32,000 bases of DNA. Source: an uncultured Alphaproteobacteria bacterium (GTDB lineage Bacteria > Pseudomonadota > Alphaproteobacteria > Bin65). Of this stretch, positions 1 to 7,843 are shown one piece after another. Numbering within the stretch: position 1 is the stretch's first letter; each line of letters begins with the position of its first letter. Location: positions 771,718-803,717 of the forward strand of contig CAVWGP010000012.1 of the NCBI GenBank assembly GCA_963754645.1, read 5' to 3'. A program made the position numbers and the translations under genes. The notes under the pieces are model-generated. The model saw only the letters and a program-made list of their open reading frames with translations. It was not told the origin of the DNA and made no database searches.

Positions 1-1
1 C

Positions 2-142
2 CAAGCCGGTGCCTGCGGCGACGCTTCGCGCGCCACGGCCGAAAAAGGCGCCGCCACGATCGCCCATGTCGCGCGCCGCTTCGTCAACGTCCTGGGGCAG
101 ATCGACCGGCTGCCGGCCGATTGGCTGAAGCGGCGGGCGTGA
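2..142 (+). CDS. 3' end of an unidentified CDS entering from upstream of the window
   Basis: Frame 2 is open from the window edge to TGA at 140-142. About 40 of its 46 codons end in G/C, like the confident genes here. The stop overlaps the next gene's ATG (TGATG). The 46 aa (..ATAEKGAATIAHVARRFVNVLGQIDRLPADWLKRRA) contain no motif I recognise. Confidence 0.3.
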   Translation, partial: QAGACGDASRATAEKGAATIAHVARRFVNVLGQIDRLPADWLKRRA

Positions 143-969
143 TGGCCGAGGCGGGCTACAACGCCGAACAGGTGCGGCGCGCGCGCCTCGACCGAAAGTT
201 GCGCATCTTCGTGCCGATTTTCGTCCTCGCCCTGGCGCTGATCGGCTGGGAAGCGGCGGTGCGCATCAACGAGATTCCGCACTATCTGATTCCGGCGCCG
301 ACGCTGGTCGCCGAAACGCTGTGGACCGACGGCGCCTCGCTGCTGGGCTCGCTGCTCGTGACGCTCAAGCTCACCTTCGCCGCCCTCGGCCTGGCCGTTC
401 TCGGCGGCATCGTGCTGGCGACGCTGTTCGCCGTGTCGCGCTGGGTCGAGCTCAGCCTCTTCCCGTTTGCCGTCGTGCTGCAAGTGACGCCGATCGTGGC
501 CATCGCGCCGCTCATCATGATTTATGTCGAAGACACATTTGCCGCCCTGTTGATTTGCGCCTGGATCGTCGCGTTTTTTCCGATCCTGTCGAATACGGTC
601 ATCGGGTTGCGCAGCGCGGATCACAATCTGCGGGACTTGTTCACGCTCTACAAAGCGACGCCGGGCCAGCGCTTGCGGCTGCTGCTGGCGCCGAGCGCGC
701 TGCCGTTCTTTCTCGCCGGGCTCAAGATCGCGGGCGGCCTGGCGCTGATCGGCGCCGTCGTCGCCGAATTCGTCGCCGGCACCTCGGGCAAGGACACGGG
801 CCTCGCCTCGCGCATTCTCGAGGCCGCTTTCCGCAACGAAATCCCGCGCATGTTCGCGGCCCTGGTTCTGGTCTCGCTGTGCGGCGTCGCGATTTTCCTG
901 ATTTTCAACCTACTTTCGCATCTCCTGCTCGGCAAATGGCACGAGAGCGAGATCAAGCGCGACGCGTGA
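142..969 (+). CDS. ABC transporter permease, NitT/TauT (nitrate/sulfonate/taurine-type) family
   Basis: Track ORF 121..969. Polytopic membrane protein with the cytoplasmic-loop signature of binding-protein-dependent permeases (GLRSADHNLRDLFTLYKATPGQRLRLLLAPSALP). ATG 142 overlaps the upstream stop; TTG 121 is the alternative start. Its stop overlaps the next start (GTGA, 966-969). Confidence 0.85.
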   Translation: MAEAGYNAEQVRRARLDRKLRIFVPIFVLALALIGWEAAVRINEIPHYLIPAPTLVAETLWTDGASLLGSLLVTLKLTFAALGLAVLGGIVLATLFAVSRWVELSLFPFAVVLQVTPIVAIAPLIMIYVEDTFAALLICAWIVAFFPILSNTVIGLRSADHNLRDLFTLYKATPGQRLRLLLAPSALPFFLAGLKIAGGLALIGAVVAEFVAGTSGKDTGLASRILEAAFRNEIPRMFAALVLVSLCGVAIFLIFNLLSHLLLGKWHESEIKRDA

Positions 970-2237
970 CGGCGACGTCGATCGCCGACCGCATCGCGGC
1001 GGCAGAGGGCACTCTGCGCCTGCTCGGCGCGCATGTTCCGGCTCGCCTTGCGCCGCAATTGCCGCCGGGCGATGGCTGGGTCAACGCCGATATCGATGTC
1101 GCCGCCGGGCGGATCGCGCGCATCGCGCCGGCGGCGGATATCGCCGACGCAGCCGCCATCCGCATCGGTGGGCCGGTCATTCCGGCGCTCGTCGATCTCC
1201 ATGTCCATCTCGACAAGACCAACATCGTTGCGCGCGCGCCGGCGCCCGAGGGCGATTTGTTCGCCGCGATCGACGTGGCCGCGCGCGACTACGCTAACTG
1301 GACCGAGCCCGATCTCCGCGCCCGCGCCGAATGGGCGCTCGACCGCGCCTATCGCGCCGGCACGCGCGCGATGCGGACTCATGTGGATTGGCCGGCCATT
1401 GCCGAGCCGACCGCGTGGCGCGTGTTTGGCGAGCTCGCCGTCGAATGGCGCGGCCGCGTCGCGCTCGAACGCGCGAGTTTGACGCCGATCGATATATTCG
1501 CCGACGAAGCGGCGGCCGAGGCCATCGCGCGCGCCGTCGCCGAAGGGCGCGGCTCAGGCGGCGCCGTGCTCGGCGCCTTCGTCTATGTCACCGGCGATAT
1601 TCCGGCCAAGCTCGACCGCGTCGTCGCCGCGGCGGCGCGCCACGGACTCGATCTCGATTTCCACGTCGACGAAACCCTCGATCCCCGGGCGCGCGGCCTC
1701 GGCGCCGTGCTCGATGCGCTGGAGCGCCGGAAGTTTCGCGGTCGCGTTATCTGTGGCCATTGCTGCGCGCTCGCCATCCTACCCGCCCCCGAGCAACGCG
1801 CGCTCATCGCCCGCGCCGCCGCTTCGGGCGTCGTCATCGTCACGCTGCCGACGACGAACCTCTACGTCCAGGACCGTGTCGCGGGGGCAACGCCCGTCCG
1901 CCGCGGCGTCACCCTCGCCGCCGAGCTCGCCGAGGCCGGCGCGCCCATCGCCATCGCCACCGACAATGTGCGCGATCCCTTCTATCCCTATGGCGATTAC
2001 GACCTGCTGCGCGTCTACGAAACCGCCCTGATCACGCTCCATCTCGGCGGCGCCGCGCGCTGGCTCGACGCGATCACGACGACACCGGCGCGCGCCATGG
2101 GCCTCGATTGGGACGGCGCTCTCATGGCCGGGGCGCCGGCGGATTTGATCCTATTTCCGGGCGCGGCCGCCGCCGACATGGCGAGCCGGGCCGTGGAGCG
2201 GATCGTGCTGCGGGGTGGCGCGCCGGTTGCGCCCTGA
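966..2237 (+). CDS. Cytosine-deaminase-like metal-dependent amidohydrolase
   Basis: In-frame GTG at 966 within track ORF 321..2237. The first 215 codons of that ORF overlap the permease out of frame and are Arg-rich junk. CodA-family motifs: PALVDLHVHLDKT (HxH metal site), DLDFHVDE, IATDNVRDPFYPYG. Substrate is not assignable from sequence alone. Confidence 0.8.
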   Translation: MTATSIADRIAAAEGTLRLLGAHVPARLAPQLPPGDGWVNADIDVAAGRIARIAPAADIADAAAIRIGGPVIPALVDLHVHLDKTNIVARAPAPEGDLFAAIDVAARDYANWTEPDLRARAEWALDRAYRAGTRAMRTHVDWPAIAEPTAWRVFGELAVEWRGRVALERASLTPIDIFADEAAAEAIARAVAEGRGSGGAVLGAFVYVTGDIPAKLDRVVAAAARHGLDLDFHVDETLDPRARGLGAVLDALERRKFRGRVICGHCCALAILPAPEQRALIARAAASGVVIVTLPTTNLYVQDRVAGATPVRRGVTLAAELAEAGAPIAIATDNVRDPFYPYGDYDLLRVYETALITLHLGGAARWLDAITTTPARAMGLDWDGALMAGAPADLILFPGAAAADMASRAVERIVLRGGAPVAP

Positions 2238-2342
2238 AGAACAACAAAGACGACAGGGACAGCAGAGACAACAGGGGCTTCAGGCATGGGAGTCCGGGAT
2301 TGCAGTCGCTGAGGTGCCTGGTGTCCTTGAAGTACCTCGCCG

Positions 2343-4827
2343 CTACTCCTTCTCCTTCATCGGCATGGCGCTCGCCGCGACTTCATCGACGTAGCCGCGC
2401 AAGACCCAGCCGCTGATGAGCGCGACAGTGAGCGTGAACATCGCGAAAAAAACCAGGTGCGACGTGCCGGCGGTGACCCAGGTCATCGGCTGGCCCATGA
2501 CGGGCAGCAGGCCGAGCACGTTGCCCCAGGAAATGAGCCAGTGCGCGGCATACATGCAGGCGCCACCAAAGATCACAAATCCCAGCACGGTGCCGAGCTG
2601 CTGCTCGCGGAAATCGCCGCGGCCGAAATGACGCTCGATGGCGCCGCCCAGCATGAAAAGCAGAGTGACGAAGATCAGCTCGGTGCCCAGCGCCAGAAGT
2701 CCGGCGAAGCCGCCGAAGCGGTTGATGAGGAAGGCGGTGATAAAATCGTTCTGCACCTCGGGCAGAGCCATGACGCCGCCATTGCGCCCGAACCAGGCTT
2801 TGGCGCCATACCATTTGGCCTCGCCGACGAAGTCCATCGAGCCCAGCACCTGCGCGCCGGTGTGCGGATGGAAGCGCGGCTCGGCCCAGACCAACACGCG
2901 CTCTTTCTTGGGGAAGCTATCGGGCAGTCGGCTCGGGTCCTCGTAGACCTTGTAGGCGCCATAGGCGACGGCGACGACGCCGAGGATGATGAGCGGCCGG
3001 ATGCCCCACCACAACCAGCGCGCACGCGAGAAATCCCGGCGCCACGAACCGACCTTCCACATCCAGCACACCGAGATCGCCAGCATGATGATCAGCGGCG
3101 AAAAATCGCGCACGCCGGCGACCATGGCGAATACGATCATGGCGAAAATCGCGAGCATGCGGATATAGGGCAGCAGAAAGGCGAGTGGCTTGTTGCGGTA
3201 GGCGCTGACCTCGCGTTGCCGGCTCTCGGCGATATGCATGCCGACGAAGGCGAGCAAAGTGACGAAGGTCAACTTGACCAGCTCGACCGGCTGGAAACCG
3301 AACAGGCCTTCCTCGTTGCCCATGAAGAACTGCATGATCATGGCGCCCATCAGGACGAGGGCCAGCAGCGTGAACCAGCGTTCGTGGGTGTAGACCGCGT
3401 ACCACAGGCGGCGCCATTGCCGGTCGGGCACGACGGCAATCAGCGCCATGCTCCAGCCGAACAGCGACAGGATGAGCGCGTGATTGCCGAAGAAGCGCAA
3501 CCAGCGCGTGTTATCCGACCCGGCGCCGAGCTGGAGCAGCGTCGTCATGCCGATACCGGCAAGCAGCGTGATGCAAACCCAAAGCCAGCCCGAATAGCCG
3601 CGCAGCTTGCCGGAGAACACCAGCAGGAAGCTCGCCCAGAACCACGCGGCGATGGCGTTGTAGACCATGAGCGACTGATCGGGGTTGCCGGCGCTCTGCA
3701 GCAGCATGCCGGTGACCCAAATGCCCAGGAAGAACGGCACCACGCCGAGAATCCACAACAGCAGCGTGGTGAACGGGCGTTTGCGCCGGTACCAGACGAA
3801 GCAAATGAGCACGAACAGGCCGCCGCCGGCCGCAAGACCGATCGTCAGCGCGAGGTTGCGCGACAGAGCCCATTCCTCGATGCGCGCGCCGGCGCCGATC
3901 CAGTTGAGAAGCTGGCGGTTGGGCGGGTCGGGTTCGTCGGCGAAGAAGAATACGCGATTCGAAATCGGCGAAAACGTGATCTGGTCCGCCGTGGCCTGGA
4001 CGCGATAGCGCGAAATTCCGACGACGAGAACTCTCCACCTTGCCGTAAGCGCCGGCCAGAGGCGCCACGATATCGGCGAAGCCCTGGCCGCGCGTTTGCC
4101 CGCGCCGGATGAGCAATGTCTGGTCGCGCTGCGAGCCGGGCGACACCAGGAACTTGCCCGCCTGCCAGCCGATATAGACCGCCTCGGAGGCCAGGCCGGT
4201 GAGCTTCCAGCGATCCGAGCAATTGACGCCGCCGCCGATGCCGAACAGGCGGATTTCCGGCTTGTTCTCGGTGAGAAAGTCGCGGCCGAGCCACTTCATC
4301 GTGTTGATGCCGCGGCGCAGGGCGCCGTTGCAGACCTCGGTCACCGGTTCGCCCTTGGGCACGACAGTGCCTTCCCACGCCATTTCGCGTTGGGTTTTTA
4401 GGTCGCGCAGCACGATTCGGTCGCGCGTCAGGCCAGCCACCAGGATATCGGCATTGGGAAAGGATATCCGATCGCCCTCGCCCAGTTCCCAACGCTCGAC
4501 GAAGCGCGCGGCGAAGCGGTCGGTGGTGAGCAGCACGCGCTTGTTCTGAGTCTTGTTGGCGAACAGGATCTCATTGCTCTGGCGCGCGACCAGCAAGTGC
4601 TCGGCCGCCGCGCTTTTCGCGCCGGCACGCTGGCCGAGTTCGAGATAGCCGAGGACTTTCGGGAGTTCGCTGAACTTGAGCGTGATCGGCCCACCGACCT
4701 TGCCCGGCGGCGCGTTCTGCAGCACCTGCCAAGTCATCCACGCCCAGCCGATCAGGATAGCGTAGGTCAGGATGGTGGGAATGAAGGCTTTGAAGAAACC
4801 CAGGAACGTGTCGACGATCAACCGCAC
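2343..4827 (-). CDS. Divergent SEDS (FtsW/RodA/SpoVE-family) peptidoglycan glycosyltransferase homologue with a ~330-aa N-terminal extension. Frame is broken by an apparent 1-nt shift near 4025-4040 (pseudogene or sequence error).
   Basis: Track ORFs 3511..4827(-) and 2343..3812(-) are two frames of one gene. Frame A is sensible from GTG 4827 to ..APLAGAYGKVE (4033). Frame B is open and sensible from ~4031 (VLVVGISRYRVQATADQITFSP..) but has no start codon before GTG 3812, which lies inside a predicted TM helix. SEDS motifs: FGFQPVELVKL, NDFITAFLINRFGG, LGLLPVMGQPMTWVTAGTSH. There are many TM segments. Confidence 0.75.
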
Positions 4828-4873
4828 GGCCAGCCCACCCGTTCGCTCAGCAACTTACTGCAATGCCGCGCCG

Positions 4874-7720
4874 TCAATCGGTCGTCCCTTCTTCCTCGTC
4901 GCGCAGCAGGGGCGGTTCGTCGCCGGGCCGCGGCGTGTGCGACAGATCGGGCCGCTCGAGCAACTCGAGCGAGAACATGATGTCGCGCACGATCTGGCCG
5001 CACGAAGTGCCGCCGAAGCGGAAATTGCCGACCGCGTGCGACGTCATGCAGGCAACGGCGACGCGCCGGCCGTTTTCGCCGATCGGCTCCTTCCAGCCGA
5101 CGAACCAGCCTGAGTTGAAGCCCGCGTTCTTAGCGGGATCGGCGGTGCCGGTCTTGCCGTGCATGCGGCACCACAGGGGCTTTACCGCGCCCCGGCCGGT
5201 CGCCACGCGCAGCGCCGCGATTCGGTTGAGGATATCGTTGCTACGTCCCGCGCTCGCCACCAGCGTGCTGAGCACGAAGCGCGGCGACGCGGACTTGAAG
5301 ATCGAAACCGCCGTCGAACCCGCCGCCTCGGGCACCGATTTCATGCCCAGGCGGATCTCGCGGATGATCTCGGGGTCGAGTTTGAGCGCGGTTGCCTCCG
5401 GCGTCGGCAGTCGCTTGCCGAGCCAGCCGCGGATGATGTGCGGCTGCACGGTTTTGCCGCTGGCGATGGTGGCGGCGCCGCGGGCGAGGTGCAGGGTCGA
5501 CACCGTCCAGCCCTGGCCAATTCCGTTCAGGCCGATGCGATGGAACGCCGCAACCTTCCACACCGCGGCATTGTCCGGCAGCAACGCCTCGCCGCGCGTA
5601 ATGTGCGTCAGCGGCGAGCGGCCAAACAGCGGATCGTAGATCGCGGCCGAGCGCAGGCGGAACAGCCCGAGATCGCCCGGCACATTCACCGCGAGGTCCA
5701 TTGGGGTCTCCCAATCGACGCCGAATTCGCGAAGGCGCAACATGAAGCGCGTCGCCGGAATCTTGTCCGCCTTGACGGTGATGCGCCCGCCGCGTTGCGG
5801 CAGGCTTTTGATCCAATTGTCGACTGCCCTTTCTTCCAGCATGACGGCGAGGCGCGAGAAAAAGACGTTGTAGGACGATTTGATCGCTATGCGCACGCCG
5901 AGCTTCTCGAAGCTTGGCCGGCGGTATTCGGGATCGGGATGGTTGGGATCGATGCAGATCGGATCGCGCGTCGGTCCGCCCTGCGACATGGCGGCCTTGC
6001 TGTGATTGCTGATCGAGCGCGTGTCGGAGCCCGGGATCATATAAGTGCCGGCGCCCGAATCGAGGCCGGTGACTTGCCGGAATTCGCCCGGATCGAGCCC
6101 CATAAGCATGCGCTTGATGCGCGGATCGGCGCCCGGCGCCGAGGCTTCGAGCGCCGCCGAAAGCGCCAGCAAAGTCTTCCAGGTCGAGCCCGGCGTGTTG
6201 TGGATGTCCATCAATTCCCAAGACGCCACCGACATCGGATCCTTGTTCGGATTGCTGATGGCGTAGGAAACATAGTCCCAGGACTTCGCGCCGAACGGCG
6301 GCAGCGGCCAGTTTGCCATGCCGAGAATCGCGCCCGTATCGATATCGATCAGCATCACCGAGCCGCGCCGGTCGTGATAGAAACGGCCCGGCCGGGCTTC
6401 GCTGTCGAACTCCTTGGTCATGTAGTGCGTGACCGTATCCTGCACCGCCTTCTGCACGCGGCTGTCGATCGTGAGGACAATGTCGCCGGCGGCACCGAGG
6501 CGCGTTTGATTGAGCATGCCGGAGATACTGCTGGCGTCGCCGCGGCCGAAACCGATAAGGCTCAGAAGTCCAAGGTTGTTCGCTTCCTCGGTTGGCGTGC
6601 CCTTGCCTTCGACGTCGGTGAGGGCAACGCCGTCGAGCGTCTTGATGACGTAGCGATTCGCAGAGGCCGATGGCTTCGGACGCTCGACCGGGCGCCAATT
6701 ATAGACCCATTCCAGCGTGTCGATCGTCACCGTGCCCGGGTCCTTGCCCGGCGTCTTGCCGCGGCGCGCCTTGCTGCGCCCGCGCGTGCGCGGCCGCTCG
6801 GCGAGATCTTCGCCGCTCATGCTGATGGCGAGGCCGAATATTTTCGGCGCGCAATTGACGGAGGGTTCGACCGTGATCTCGACGTCGGTATCGCCGCGCA
6901 CCGGCAGGGTGACGAGCGCCGCGCGCGAACTCAGCTTGCACGGCCATATCGACTTGATTTCGCTATAGGTAATTTCGCGCCGGTCGATGCGCGCGCCAGG
7001 CGGGACCTTGACCGGATTGCCGATGACCTGGATCGAAACCGTGCCGGTATTGCCGGTGATGCGCGTCGAAAACACGAAACGCTGTTTGGGCTCAGGGGCG
7101 GCGACACCGACCCAATCGTCCATGCCCTTGGGAATCTCGTTCTTGTTGACGAAACCGAAGGTTTCCGGCACCAGCGCGCCGACTTGCTTGGGGTGGCCGG
7201 AATCGGACTTGGCCGTCCAGAATATTTTATTTTGGTCGGCATCGCTGACCTTGCGATTGTCGCGCACGGCGGCAATGAGGCGCGTTTCGTTCCACAGCTT
7301 GACCTGGGTCCGGACGATGATGCCCGCCGGCAAATCGTAAAGGTCCTTGAGCAGGCCCTCCTGCACGACCTGGCTGACGCCCTCGTCCGAGTCGCCCTTG
7401 TCGCCCGCCGCCTTCTTGATCAGCACATAGTCCGGCGGGGCCATTTCAAGGCCGGTGTCCTCGCGCGGCACGACAAGTTTGGCCTCGATCAAGGCACGGA
7501 ACAGCGCGTAGTCCTCGGTTTCGTTGAGCGCGCGGGTGAGGTCGGGCTTGCGCGCGGTGGCTTCCTTCTGCAGCCCGTCGAGGCGCCACAAAACGAGAAC
7601 CGCGACGCCGGCAATCACCGCGAGATATACGGCAGCGCCGATAACGCGACTGCCAAAGCCGAGAAACGAGAAAAACAAGTTTCGCTTCGGCTTTTGCTTG
7701 TTCTTTTTTCTTTCGGCCAT
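4874..7720 (-). CDS. Class-B penicillin-binding protein-like D,D-transpeptidase with an unusually large N-terminal ectodomain
   Basis: 948-aa ORF. AAAGGAG lies 5 nt upstream of ATG 7720. Lys-rich N-terminus followed by one TM helix (aa ~20-45). Catalytic motifs: SxxK = STWK (aa 512-515, nt 6176-6187), SxN = SYN (aa 616-618, nt 5867-5875), KTG (aa 856-858, nt 5147-5155). Confidence 0.85.
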   Translation of the reverse strand: MAERKKNKQKPKRNLFFSFLGFGSRVIGAAVYLAVIAGVAVLVLWRLDGLQKEATARKPDLTRALNETEDYALFRALIEAKLVVPREDTGLEMAPPDYVLIKKAAGDKGDSDEGVSQVVQEGLLKDLYDLPAGIIVRTQVKLWNETRLIAAVRDNRKVSDADQNKIFWTAKSDSGHPKQVGALVPETFGFVNKNEIPKGMDDWVGVAAPEPKQRFVFSTRITGNTGTVSIQVIGNPVKVPPGARIDRREITYSEIKSIWPCKLSSRAALVTLPVRGDTDVEITVEPSVNCAPKIFGLAISMSGEDLAERPRTRGRSKARRGKTPGKDPGTVTIDTLEWVYNWRPVERPKPSASANRYVIKTLDGVALTDVEGKGTPTEEANNLGLLSLIGFGRGDASSISGMLNQTRLGAAGDIVLTIDSRVQKAVQDTVTHYMTKEFDSEARPGRFYHDRRGSVMLIDIDTGAILGMANWPLPPFGAKSWDYVSYAISNPNKDPMSVASWELMDIHNTPGSTWKTLLALSAALEASAPGADPRIKRMLMGLDPGEFRQVTGLDSGAGTYMIPGSDTRSISNHSKAAMSQGGPTRDPICIDPNHPDPEYRRPSFEKLGVRIAIKSSYNVFFSRLAVMLEERAVDNWIKSLPQRGGRITVKADKIPATRFMLRLREFGVDWETPMDLAVNVPGDLGLFRLRSAAIYDPLFGRSPLTHITRGEALLPDNAAVWKVAAFHRIGLNGIGQGWTVSTLHLARGAATIASGKTVQPHIIRGWLGKRLPTPEATALKLDPEIIREIRLGMKSVPEAAGSTAVSIFKSASPRFVLSTLVASAGRSNDILNRIAALRVATGRGAVKPLWCRMHGKTGTADPAKNAGFNSGWFVGWKEPIGENGRRVAVACMTSHAVGNFRFGGTSCGQIVRDIMFSLELLERPDLSHTPRPGDEPPLLRDEEEGTTD

Positions 7721-7805
7721 AGCAACTCCTTTACCGGCGCGGTCCGGCCCAGTCGGTCTTTATCTTACTCTAGCGCAGCCGGCACAAGACCAAGACGGTC
7801 GGCGA

Positions 7806-7828
7806 GTCCGGCGCTTGGCCGCCAGGAC
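7806..7828 (-). other. GC-rich stem-loop in the FHA-gene / PBP-gene spacer
   Basis: Minus strand reads GTCCtGGCG-gccaag-CGCCGGAC: an 8-bp stem with one bulge and a 6-nt loop, 16 nt after the FHA-gene stop. No U-tract follows, so it is not a canonical intrinsic terminator. Confidence 0.25.
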
Positions 7829-7843
7829 GGACGTTTGAACAAA

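Noticed and set aside
321-965. N-terminal 215 codons of track ORF 321..2237
   Set aside because: This part overlaps the permease gene out of frame and reads as Arg-rich junk. The amidohydrolase starts at GTG 966, which is coupled to the permease stop.
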